From positions 115,878,001-115,942,000 of the forward strand of contig OZ024742.1 of NCBI GenBank assembly GCA_964016885.1: a stretch of DNA of 64,000 bases. Direction: 5' to 3'. Below the pieces are notes generated by a model. The model saw nothing but the letters and a program-made list of their open reading frames with translations, did no database searches and was not told where the DNA came from. Of the stretch, positions 51,209-64,000 are shown piece after piece (position 1 is the first letter of the stretch; each line of letters begins with the position of its first letter). The stretch comes from Eledone cirrhosa. Lineage: Eukaryota. The position numbers and the translations under genes are program-made.

Positions 51209-51214
<6 letters not shown>
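50934..51214. repeat. Distal part of the 5' pLTR (50934-51027) followed by an inverted pLTR segment (51027-51214)
   Basis: 50934-51027 matches 44231-44324; 51027-51214 is the reverse complement of ~44104-44299. Confidence 0.9.
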
Positions 51215-51278
<64 letters not shown>

Positions 51279-51290
51279 GAGAGAGAGAGA

Positions 51291-51349
<59 letters not shown>

Positions 51350-51364
51350 GGGGAGAGAGAGAGA
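51211..51364. repeat. Compound (TA)n(GA)n microsatellite
   Basis: Read directly. Confidence 0.95.
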
Positions 51365-51425
51365 TGAGTAAATTATTACGTACATACATTCGTACATACA
51401 TCCTTACCTATCTACATACATACAT

Positions 51426-51712
51426 GGTGGCAGCCAACTCGTTTTCGATTACGGCCACTACTTTATATTCATGTAGGAGAACCCCTACCGATGCGCTGGA
51501 CGAGTGTTACTTTTTAGTCCAGCCAGCGACTTGAAAACTCTGGGACAAACACTACACCTGTGACAATTGTTGACACATAGTGCTTGGCCCATGGTACCAT
51601 GTGACGACAGGTGCAGAGAGATCTCCAGATACAAAGCAATGCCTGTGCCCTGAAGCTTTTATAGTGAGCAAAGGCACTGCACAAAGCCAGCCCCACTCTA
51701 GTAACCAAGATG
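51426..51712 (-). mobile_element. RTE-clade LINE 3' end with (ATGT)n tail
   Basis: Minus strand HRCSVCPRVFKSLAGLKSNTRPAH (C-terminal C2H2-like finger); ends GGCTGCCACC + ATGT repeats; TACA repeats on both sides. Confidence 0.75.
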
Positions 51713-51730
51713 ATACATACATACATACAT

Positions 51731-54700
51731 AACTTTTGATGCGCACAGTCGCACATATGGAATGGAAGATTATTCCTTAAATCAAAATGAATACTATCAC
51801 CGACATTAATGCCACAATCCGTATTAATAACTTTATATTATTGTAATTATACTCATTGAAGACACCTTTTATTCGAGATCGTAGTGATATCCGTCTGAAT
51901 ACTAAATTCCATTTGTAAGCAAGCTGAATGTCTGAACACATCAACATCAACAACCTTAGTGAAGAATTGAAGAAAAAAAAACAGTAATGAGAAAGTGAAA
52001 CAAATGTTTTAGTTGTAGCTACAGAATGAACCGAAACTATAAATCTTATTGTCCTTGGAGTTACGACCTCTATAATAATTTATTTAATTATTCTAAAATG
52101 GCAAAATATTCATCAATTGGGTATATGAACAGAATGAAGCTATACTAGAACAAAAAACATTCAGAACTAAATCACTTCACAGCCAAAATATTACGCCCAC
52201 AATCAACGTTAAAATCAAGTTTCCAAGATCAAGCATTGCAATTAGCACATGCTACAGAACAAACTTCAGCAAACAACAGCAATACACAAACAGTTCCTTA
52301 AAATAGCCATGTCGTTAAGGAGCGACCAGGTTTATCAGCTGATTTTACTTCGACTTCTATGGTATTTCACATTCACGTTGATTATGAACATCAAATCACT
52401 GTCAATGTTAATATGTTTGCCATTACCTGGGAATATAAAGGGTATAAACAATCAAAATATAACTCAAGTGAAACTTTCCTAAGAGGAATTAATTCATATA
52501 TAGATATTCCCCTTGCAGAATGATATAAAAGAACATTATTTAACAAGAAATCAAATTATGAAATTATGGGAACTATTTGTGAAATTGGAGGTGAATATTT
52601 GCGACAAATTGAAGCCCCTACATTATTTTGATGATTTTAATAGAAACAAAACACCACATAAATTGCCAGCATATATTAAAAAAAGAGACAAACGATTGTT
52701 GACCTACGGAAAATTATAGGATAATGTAACAGTGCTCATCACATGTAAAGCGAAACACTACACTCCCACTCAAGAAAGAATGAAAAATAAAATAGAAATG
52801 GTGTTTGGAGACAGTTCTAGAGATTTTCTATACAAGTTAACCAATCTCATGCAAGAAATGAGAGCTGTCAGCGAAAAGATTCTATAGTAGATGATGGAGA
52901 CCGAAAGAAAAATAATAAAGAAAAGTTTCAACCGAAAACAAACATCAGTCTATATAGATTTGAGGAGCAAAGCAATAATTGTCCCATCCCAGAAATAAAT
53001 AGATTCCTTCTGGAGAGAAATATGAAGTGAAGAAAAGGAATTCAATTAAGATACGAACCATATAAACTACTGCCCCTACAACAACAAATGCAGTAGCAAT
53101 AAGGATACCATCGAGACTGTGATAGGGAAACGCCATGGTAACAAGGAGCAGGAAAATACTTCATCGACGGTTAGTGGTACATAAGACTGACATGTTGTCT
53201 TATGACAGGGTGGGTGACATTATCAGAAACAATATTGGTCTCCAAGAGCAAAGAGACCCACTTGGCAAAACACTACCGACCCATGAACCTAATGTATAAA
53301 ATATATACAGCTTGCCGGAACGGATTCCTTCACGATAACTCTGATAATAATATCATAACAGATGAGCAACCAGCTGATAAGAAATGAGTTTTGAACGAAT
53401 TCCTAATTAACAAACCGTGATGTCAGATGTGCGGCAACATAGGATGAATAGGCATAGAGTCTTGCTGGACTACATGGAAGCATTGGATTATGACCCCACT
53501 ATTGGATGATAGAGGCCCTCGATCGCGCTAAAGCCATCGACACAACTATCAACGCCATAGAGAACCTATCATGTTCTTGGTCTGTTATCCTAAACTTAAG
53601 TACGGAGAAGTAGAGTTTTATTTTCACTGATAAAATAGAATTTCGAAAGGGTATATTTCAAGGCTATAGTCTCTCTGCGTTTCTATTTATAATGACTCCT
53701 TGACCTTTCTGCTAAAGAAATATGAAGGATAAATAATTCAGTCACAGGATGACAGGAATACAAATCTCACCCATAACGTCTTTGTGGATGACTCAACATT
53801 CTATGCCAAGTACACAATTGGGATGCAGAAAAACCTTGAGTTGATTACGACGTTCTCGAAAGATATAGAGAACATTTTCAAACCAATCTAACAGCAATCT
53901 ATTTCACTTATATCTGGGAGGACCGCAATAGTAACGTAGGGATATATGAAAACATATCTTGTGATGGTATTTGTAACAAGGAACTCATAAATATACACCC
54001 GTATGACAAGCTCTTACCTTCTGCACGCTATGCACAATACATCATTGACCCACAATGTATTTGATGTGCCTGTGCTGACCCCAACAATTGAAATTCTTGA
54101 TTGGATGCTAAGTGAAATGCGAGCCGTCGATGTTAAAACCCGAAAACACTAACCATCTCCGGAAATTTGCACATTAACGGTGACATAGGCCGCCTCTACC
54201 TGAAACGTAAACAAGGAGACCGAGTCATGACGTCAATTCAGACAGCATTCATGGACCACCAAACGCAGGAGCCCAACTATTGAACAAGTATCTGTACACG
54301 AAACAGATACGATCATGAAAGTTGGGAAGGAGTTCTCTGTGAAATGTTCACTGCATGATACCCCAAAATTCACACCTCACACAGAACATTGCACAACAAT
54401 GCCGTAATGAATCCTTGGATTAATAATGTCATGCTTATCAGCAAATCGTCAAGCATAGCTAAGTTGCCAGGAACCTCCAAAGTGAAAGTAATTTAAATGA
54501 GCAAAGTAGTCTATCTTGGATCAACAATCACTATATTTGCTCTCACTTTGAGGAATATGCTTTGTAATCCACGAGCAGGAAATAGCGATCAAATATCTAA
54601 TTCGCAAAAGAGATAGAGATGCAGACAAACCTCCTTGACGTGAGAACAGATGCAACCTGCGGAATATACATGGAAGATGTCACCCACATCATAAGCAGCG

Positions 54701-55350
54701 TTTCAAAGATGACATCACTATACTATCTACCAATGAAGGATGTTGTAGTGGCTAAAACAATATCCAATACAATCCGTAGAAAGATTAGCTCCGACAGTAA
54801 ACATAAAAATGTACAGCAATTTGGAGGACATATATACATAGATAATATGAAAGCGTACTAATGAAATGTTCTAGTCAAACCCACAAAAAAATGCAAACAC
54901 AACATTCCAGACAGTGATGCGGAAGAGAGAAAAGAAGGCATGCACATGAGTGGAAGTCAGCTAAATATGAGTGAATGCGAGAATAGTTATGCAGAACTAA
55001 TGAGATATTTGAAGATGCGCCATCCTGAATATATCTGTGACCCTTAAGTTTGTTGGATATGTTACTAATACAAGTCGTGAAAGCCTGCGCTTGCAGAACC
55101 AGAAAAGGTGCTACCCATTAATGGAACTGTAAAGCTATGTAAAACATTTCAGAATGTGTGCATGTAATAACTACATATATACATATAGAGATACAGAAAC
55201 ATATGCACGTGCACACCTATAACTCAAAATATACAATACACCCATACCTGCACGCACACACACATAAACACATACAGACTTACAAACATATTTACCTAGT
55301 TGATGTCTAAACTCCAATAAAAGAGTCTTGTATCTATGTTAGAAACCAAC
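51731..55350 (+). mobile_element. Older, heavily decayed full-length copy of the (TACA)n-associated R4-clade family
   Basis: Colinear with 778-4850 from the 5' UTR (CAGTCGCA.AT; AAGACACCTTTTATTCGA) through ITDEQ, YYLP and ATTAATGGAAC.GTAAA to the 3' UTR (TCTATGTTAGAAACC.ACTC). Confidence 0.88.
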
Positions 55351-56479
55351 TCTCCCACCCCCTACCCCCTCTCTCTCTATATCTCTCTTTCTCTCTCTCT
55401 ATCTCTCTACTCTCTCCATTCCCTCTCCTCTTTCTCTCTCTTTTTCTCTCTTTTTATTGATGAAATTTTATAAAACAATAAAACCTGAAGAGCATATACA
55501 TACTTTCGTAGATACATACTTACAAAGATAAATATATACATACATACATACATGAACATGAATATGTGTATTGGTGTATGTGTGTGTATAACACTACACA
55601 ATTGTATAATCTCGATATAAGTGAATAGATGTTGGTGGTGAGTGATATGGGTTGTAGAGCAGATATGTGGGAGTGCATTACCTTGTGCTGCATGTCACAT
55701 TTGTACAAATAATTTGATAAAACATTGCATTAACAACACCATCGATATGACATCGATGAATGTTTCTTTTTAAGAATTTCACCTTTAAGTATCTTCTATA
55801 TAATTGGATGTTTGAATTAATGTTCCTAGAAAACTTGAAGATTATCACCAACGTTCTAACGAAGTTTATTCAATATACAGCAAATTCGTGGTGTTACATT
55901 TACGTTACGCTATCAGGCCACTTTCGAGCGCTACCGGCAAGGTGTAACCCAATTTAACCTAGCTTGCATAGTGAGGAGAGTGATTCGGGGACTCACTGTG
56001 GGATAAAAAAAACAAAACCCCTCAAAGGGCAGAGAAACTCAGAAGACTCAGCATCCATCAAATGGCAGTGACGCGTATGAATCACCAGCGTATGCACTAC
56101 TCTCTGGTGTCTAGCAAACTATATCTCAAGTATGAACAAATGATAGGTGGTCAGCACGTCACTTGGCTATGACGTCACCTGCAATGTCTGTAGATCTGTT
56201 CAATTGTTATCTTAATGGATTAATGAAAAAAACATATCATAATTGGTGGTCTGCGGTTGTTAGTCAAATAGTTCACAATTTTAGACGCTTAAAATAATGT
56301 AAATGCTTAGACTACAGTCAAGCACCCTGTTCCTGTAAAAATCCCCAAGCTTCAATAACACTATAAAGCAAATCAGTTTTTAAACATTTTCAGGCTGCTC
56401 ATGAAATCAATTAACAGCATCACTTAACAAACATCAATGAACACACATCAGGAAGGTGATGCTCTGAATTCTAGAGTTT

Positions 56480-57250
56480 TGATTGAGAAAGAAACAACTC
56501 ACATTCGGTAATGGAATGTCTGCCCACATTTTGATACTGTTTGAATTCACCAGTTCATCAAATAGATGAATGTGTACCATAGTAGTATCTTAGATCTTGT
56601 TAAAATTGCTGTAAGAATAGTGGATCATTCTGTATTGAAAACAAAGCCCTGCTATTTTCTGGTAGAAGTGATATCATACAACCTGGTGGGAATTATATTC
56701 AACAATAAAGTCTCTAGTGTAATTGTAAAATAAGCCCCTGCTAACAACCGCAATACTTCAACTAGATATATAACAGTGCATGCTAAATTTGCTATCGTTC
56801 AGTGCTATGCACCAACAAATGATTTCGTCTCAAACGTCCCCTGCAATGATATCACAATTGTTATGGGGCACTAAAGGTTCAGATTGCTGTGAATAGAACA
56901 GGGTTTGAACATATGCTTGTCCCATGCTTGGGGTAGATTCACCAATGTTCGTGCCATGAACAATCAGAAAATTTGATCTTCTATCTTTGAGGACAAGGAT
57001 ATTCATAAATTCTCCTGCTGCTGCGATGATCACAAGACACATAAACCATCCTGAAATTGGCCCTATATGGAGAACCCTTTGGCTGTGTGATGTCAGAGTA
57101 CATTGAGGGACAGGTATATGCACTGATCACTTTCTTTTCATTGCTAAACTGCAGATCAAGATTGAACATTACAATAATATCAAATCAAATCATACAAACT
57201 TTTACCAAATTAAGCTAAGTGACATGGACACGGAAATGTTTCAAAATACA
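56480..57250 (+). mobile_element. RTE-clade LINE relic, APE endonuclease region
   Basis: Remnants of WNV.T, IVQCYAPTND, DITIVMG and DVRV..G....TDH in the correct order. Confidence 0.7.
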
Positions 57251-58192
57251 CTGTTATCAGATCACCTCTGCCTTTCTTTTGTTTAAGATTGTAGAAATAC
57301 ATGGTTGTAGCATTTGGTAGCTATTTCTAAGCATAAACATTGGCTTCTAGGAGTCCCAGATACTCAGATTGGGCTGGGTGTAGCTCAATTTAAGAATATT
57401 TATTGTGCGGTGGTTGGGGATCCGACTATTTCAGTTAATATTCATTCCATCGTTTTCATATGATGGCCTTAGATTAAGTATTTGATATTTAAATCACGTT
57501 TCACAAAGCAAAAATTTATAGAATACGTTTAGTATATGTGAGAGTTTAAGCTACTAGAAGGATTACTTAGATGTCAATACTCATAAGCTTCATAACAAAA
57601 TTGATTATTTAACTCATACTATTTATACAATTATAATATGGCAATTAAAGTGATGGGCCTGCGTCATATTCACCGCAAATTATTTTTTCTCGAAGAAAAT
57701 GTATCATGAATCTGTTAAGAAAATGATTATTCTTATGCTATTATCACTTTTTTCATTTTTTCATAATTACATCATATATTAATTCCTTGCTTGATGTGAT
57801 GATTATTTTAATGATTCCATACGAAATGCGTTTGTGTTCAGATGTATGTCTATTATAGCTTCATAGTGAGAATAATGACGATAGAGTAAACATGAATACG
57901 AATGTAATTACGTATTACGTGTGTGAATGTGTGGGTATGTGTGGTGAGGTGTCGGTGATTGTATATATGTATGAGTGTGTGAATGTGTATGTGTTTATAT
58001 GTGTGCATGTTTCTGTCTGTACGTATGTGTGTATCTATTGTGTTACATCATTGTCTTAGCAGGTGGTCCAACGTATAGCAAATTAGTTGAATTTACATTC
58101 TATGCACGACTCGATATCAGACATGTTCTCAGTTAAAACCATATATATATGTGTGTGTGTGTGTGTGTGTTGGGTGTGGGTGTGGGTGTGTA

Positions 58193-58226
<34 letters not shown>

Positions 58227-58574
58227 GATGTATATTGATTTATTGATTCTGTTAACATTGTACTGATTTCTGCAGTAATAACGACATCATATAAAATTCT
58301 CTTCTAACTGATACTGAAGAAATTATTGTGTGAGAGAAAATGCTATGTTTCCTTACTTATCGAATCCTGCTTTTAGATAAGAAAACTATCCACCAATCAA
58401 ATGACTGCATTTAGATCAAAGAGGTTGTATTGAAATTAAACTAATGTTAAAAAGAGAATAAAGAGTGTAGGCGAAATACTGAGTGTAGTCCAGTTTGAAA
58501 TATTCAGCTCAATCCAATCCAAATCTCATTAATGCGAAAGTACGAATCTAAATTAGTACACAACAATGATTTCT

Positions 58575-59107
58575 TTACGTTCTGAGTTCAAATCCTGTAT
58601 TTGTAAACGTTTCTTTTTCATCTTACTGGGATCGATAAAGTAAGGTAAGGTTTAATTTACTAAGCTTTCCCACAAAACATCAGGCCTTGTGCCAGTATAT
58701 GTAATCAATATTTGCTGTATTATTGAATTAGGTGGGGACATAATGGAATCTTTAATATAGGATATTCATTCCGGCTTTCCAAGCTTTGCGATCAAATCCC
58801 GCAGAGGTCACGTGTGAATTTCGTCTTTTCAGATTGATTAATAAATCTGTCTCGAGAGATGAGTTAGCTGAACTGTTCGAGTATATTCTTGTAGCATTCT
58901 GTTTTACTCTGAGGCTTTGAATACAAATTCAACATAGTTGCCGATGACCACACATGGTAACACGTGTGAGTAGCCGATGCAACACGCTATTAGTTCAAAT
59001 CCCGCCGAGGTTAACTTTGCCTTTTGTCCTCACGGGGTCGATAAGTTAAAGTACCAGTAATACATTAAGATAATTGCTGGCCTTGTGCCAAATGTAGAAA
59101 CAATTAT
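58575..59107 (+). mobile_element. Cluster of tRNA-derived SINE copies (~58575-58712, ~58770-58845, ~58990-59107)
   Basis: Repeated G(A/T)TCAAATCC, GG(G/A)TCGATAA and GGCCTTGTGCCA motifs of the 5455 family. Confidence 0.75.
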
Positions 59108-62100
59108 TCAGATTGAACATATAGAATTACAACCAGTGTAGATAATCAAGCAACTGCATAATAAATATTCATCTAGCTTTAGATCTCATATTGAGAAAAG
59201 GAACATCATTATTTAAGTTCCTTGTTATATGCGGAGCAAATATCGGGGATTGGGAATGTATGAAACAGGATGTCAAACTTGGTATAACATGAAATGAGAA
59301 ACTAGAGAGAAGATGTTAAATATAATAAGCCACTTGTATTTGACACCGTTGCCCTTCTTATTAAGAAACAAATAAATATTGAAATGTGTGCGTAAATGTA
59401 TAAAACAGGTTAGAATCAATTGAATCAACACAATTACATTGCTGCTAATTATTCTATCAATCGATCGACGAAAAAATTTGAGAAAACATGCGGTGTCCTG
59501 TTCCCCTCAGATGTATTTTACAAGTTGTTTTGATCGTCTATAACCTCTTGTGGGAGAAAGACTGGGAGAGGAGCCCAACTGAATACTTGGCTGACACATT
59601 ATTTATCAACCACAGGATGATACATAACAAAGGTTAATTAGCCATGATTTGAAATCAGAATGCAGGGAACTAATGCAAATATCACCAGCCATACTGTCCG
59701 ACGTACTCAAGTTTCGGGTAATATCGATTTACTGCCTTATGAAAACATGAAAAAGACACAACTGAACAGTGCTAAGTATTTTAACAACATTTTCATACAT
59801 TATTTCACTCCTAATTTCGGTCTCAGAGCTTGAGTCAAATCGGGGCTTTGGTAAGAAACATTTGCCTATGATGCAACGCAGTGAAACCGATCCAGAAACC
59901 TCATAATTGTGAAGCGAACATGGTATCCTTTCATCTATGCTGCATCTCCGTGATATTTGTAGAATTCGGTCACTATTAGACTGCAATTGAGATACAGTAC
60001 TATAATGAAATTAAGTCCTTGGATCTCTTGAAATCGATTTGTTCAAATTATAAAATACTAATCAATACATTTTGATTTGTCTTATTTAGGAATTGAATGC
60101 ATGTAACCTATCATTCCCAAATGAATTAACTGAATAATCTTTCCGTATAATTCATTCACTGGTGCCTTTGGGCAAAACATTTTAGTGTAGAAGCTTTATT
60201 GCCAGGGTATGGACTAAATCTGAGTCTCCTAACATGCCAGGTATAGGCGTTATGTTGCCCCAACTTTGTCGCTCGAATTACTAGAAATAAGTGTCAAATA
60301 ACCATCAATAACATCAAATAAATTTAGAAAAGCGTACATTTAATAATGTGACCCTTGGCACCCTAAATATGAAAAAAGAAAAAAAAGAAAATCTCGTCTC
60401 TTTAGCCCAAAGTTATAATTGATGGAGCTAATCGCCAAGTAACGGCGCTCATCCGTAAGTAGTTGATTTATACTTGTCGCATAGGTTACCTGGAAATCAA
60501 TTATCATATATATCAAGACGGCAGTAGGGTTTGATTTGGAGGATATATAATTGTTATATCTAGCAGGTCACACAACCATATAGGTGTCCATATCTGGCGT
60601 GTTATTCTCTGTCATCCGTTGTAATATATTGCTGTTTGAGAAATGCAAAAAGTATTTATTTCTGAAATGATATTTTGATGAATAATATCTGAAAGTATTC
60701 TAAATTACTTACAAGTGAGTTGACAGTTTGCTTGAGGATAATTCCAGTGTTATTGTGGAAATTTCCTGTATATAAACCTTTAATGATCTTGTTAAAACTT
60801 CTAGCCTGTGAACCATTAAATATCGGTAAATATCAGTTGTATCAATGTAAATGAAAAAAATCATAAGTCACGAGCTTTGAAAAAAACAAAATAAAAAAAA
60901 CAGAAAAGATAACAACAAAATCTGATGTCTTATATATGTGAACCATAAAGAACCAATTAAAGTGAAATATCCTTATTTTTTCTTTCACTATATTTTTGAA
61001 TTACTTCAGTGTTTAATAATGGTTTGCCAAATTTACTGCTAGCACATATTATGTTATTGAGGAATAACACGAGTTTGTTATTTTCGACAACGCAAAAATG
61101 AGTTGACGATAGTCTTATCTAGGACTGATTTGATCTGCCATCGTTTGTCCTCGCATTTGTTAACGATCGTTTCTTATCCCGGTCTCCCTGAGTTAGAGAA
61201 AAGGCAAGAACAATAATTTGAGGTAAAGAAAACCGCACACACAAATTGCTATGGAAATCAGAAATTCCTCATAGAAGGCTTGCTCCATTTGAAGGATTAT
61301 GGATGGTCGTTGATATATTATTGAGTTCATCACCACATGTATTAACGCATGTACCACTATTTGGTATATTAAGCGTCTTTCACAAAATTGTACAGGGTGG
61401 ATGTATAGAATCTGACAGATAATTTCATTTTAATCAACTTCCTATATGCTACTAGTTCCGTTTGAGAAGCTTATGGTCATAATGTATTCTTTTCCTGTAA
61501 ATTTGGGTCAAGCGATTTTACATAGTTTTATACTTTTGCAAATTCCATAGAGCACTCTATTTTCAGAGTTTGTTTCTAATTCCACAAATTAATTTCACGT
61601 AACTTCCTTAATCTTTTCTTTGTCTTCGTCAATGAAGTTGACAATAATGTGATAGTTGTCGGTATCCTTTAATCTATCGTACTAAATACTACACAGCACA
61701 CACGAATCTCCCTCTACGGTTATTTCCAGAGGAACATACTTCATATATGATTGATGGATTACATTGTAATTTCAGTATATGCTACTATGTTTACGGCTCA
61801 CTATCCAAACACATATGTATTAAATCTGAAGATAATTAGTGACCACGAATTTACTAGTCAGAGTGTATTGATTTCGATTGTGATTCTGAGTGTTACCGTT
61901 TAAAGCGTTGTTGAAATATCCCGTTCGTTTTTTATGTGTGAGTAGATGGATGGCACGAAACTACCGTTATCATCAGTCAAAGCACAGCATCACATATCAA
62001 AAGTCAGTACATAGAGTCACAGTTAACTCTGTGAAGGAAGTGACTGATAATTCAGATGAGAAGGTGATAATCTTAACCTGATTTCATTTAAGCCTCCTGG

Positions 62101-62863
62101 GCCTATGAAAGGTGATTCTCCTCCTTGGGACCCGTGTGTTAGACAAAATGCAACGCCTATATGTCTTACAGTGTGATAGAAAGAGGGAGAGAGAGGGGGA
62201 GAAAGAGAGGGAGAAAGAGAGGGAGAAAGAGAGAGAGAGAGGGCGACCGGGTGCAGTTGTTAATATTATAATCAAAAGATTTAATGGGAGCTCATTCTAT
62301 TTGTAGATTTCAGGAATGGCTTTTAGCACTTTAATCCGTTTCTGCGGGCAATTTTTGTCGGGGTGTCCATCCACCCTCAACACACAAGAGTTAGAAACAA
62401 GATTGGTACCGCACGTTTAGTGGCCGACACCTGACCATGAAGCAAGTAGTATTGATATTCATGTTTACCCATAGCAGATCATTTGATCTAGTTTATGTGT
62501 CAGTATGTATGGCTATGCTAATGAGGAAAGAAAGATGGCAACACTACAAAAAATATATACCTCTCAGGCTGCTTCACATATCTAGTAAATATTGTATACA
62601 GTAGAATTAAACATATTTCAATTAAATAAATTTTGCATATTGTTAAACATTAAGGTAGACATCACATTCAGATATTTATTATAACTCTGATTTTCAATTC
62701 TTCCATTTACTTAGGTTTATGATAGAGCACTTCATTTACATTTACGCAACCGTTCCTTGGTAGTGGAGTCTGGCGATTCAAAAATCTGTCAAGATTTATA
62801 TAACTTGTCATTTTTCTTCTATTTCAACGTCCCACATTCTCTCACACACACGGAGCATCTCGG

Positions 62864-63015
<152 letters not shown>

Positions 63016-63251
63016 GGTAAATATACACGGGTGTGTATGATTGTGTATAGAAGATTATATTAATAAGAGGAATTCCAACATTGTCTGATTTACTCGTTTT
63101 ATTTACAATCCTTTAAAATATATATAATGGTATTATAATGAAATAGTATAATAGAATATTAAATTCTAAGTGTTAATTGAACAAGTACTTTCATGCTTTC
63201 GCAATCTTCAGGTTCATGATATGTGGTGACAGTCGAGTTTGCAATTTTCAA

Positions 63252-63393
<142 letters not shown>

Positions 63394-63893
63394 TTGAGGT
63401 TGGTAATGGCACATGGAATATATAAGAGACAGAATACTTTTTTGTGAAAAAACATATAATTTTATAAGGTAAGGAAATAATAAAGGTATAAAAATGACCG
63501 CTTTCGATGGGTCTGTAAAAGCCATCTTTTCAAATGTTGATTAATATTAATAACATTAATAGTAAGAAGAGTTAAAATTTGAGACTTGAAAATTCAAGTA
63601 TAAAATTCATTGTGGGATTTCATAGTAGTTTTCATCTTGGTAGCAGCTAGTTGACTGCTGTGTGCCTTTCTGGTAGTGAATGAGAAGTTATTTGGGGGTG
63701 TGGGTTATTTTATAAAAGTCAGATTTAGCAATGGCCAGATGGCCAGCTGCTGGTCAGTGAGGGGGTGGAAGCAATATACATACATATATCTCCCTGTGGT
63801 CGGTAGGAGAGGGGAGATTGATAGAAAGGGATTTAGTGCACTTACACCTATATATACACACATACCTTCATCCACGCATACATACATATACAT

Positions 63894-63934
<41 letters not shown>

Positions 63935-64000
63935 CACACATACATACATACACACATACATATACATACACACATACACAGACATATATGCACATACACA

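Larger units (their letters stand above)
43926..51214 (-). mobile_element. Penelope-like retroelement (Naiad-type), near full length, with 3' pLTR, interrupted 5' pLTR and inverted pLTR; inserted in (TA)n
   Basis: RT + GIY-YIG ORF; direct repeats 43926-44324 vs 47247-47540 + 50934-51027; inverted repeat 51027-51214; (TA)n on both flanks. Confidence 0.9.

Overview
This is AT-rich, microsatellite-dense animal non-coding DNA. The SINE family and repeat landscape suggest a cephalopod such as Octopus (inference). I could not support any host protein-coding exon, and most short ORFs in the track are microsatellite or antisense artefacts. The window is dominated by retroelements. (1) R4/Dong-clade RT+RLE non-LTR elements: a near full-length decayed copy at ~778-4885 sitting in (TACA)n, an older copy at ~51731-55350, and three 5'-truncated copies stacked in one (TAA)n tract at 47541-50900. 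(2) A near full-length Penelope-like element (RT + GIY-YIG, Naiad-type motifs, minus strand, 43926-51214) with direct and inverted pseudo-LTRs. (3) Several decayed Tx1/L1-group and RTE LINEs, tRNA-derived SINEs and two tRNA pseudogenes. The most striking signal is a non-coding ~522-bp repeat family (443-630, 6936-8767, 43205-43876) in tandem and inverted arrays inserted in (TA)n. Each unit carries a type I hammerhead ribozyme whose unusually extended helix II shows compensatory base changes across three diverged subfamilies. It is a candidate retrozyme or non-autonomous Penelope-like family. The elements also form a nested microsatellite-targeting chain in which one element supplies the repeat that the next inserts into. 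Boundaries of decayed elements were read by eye and are approximate.
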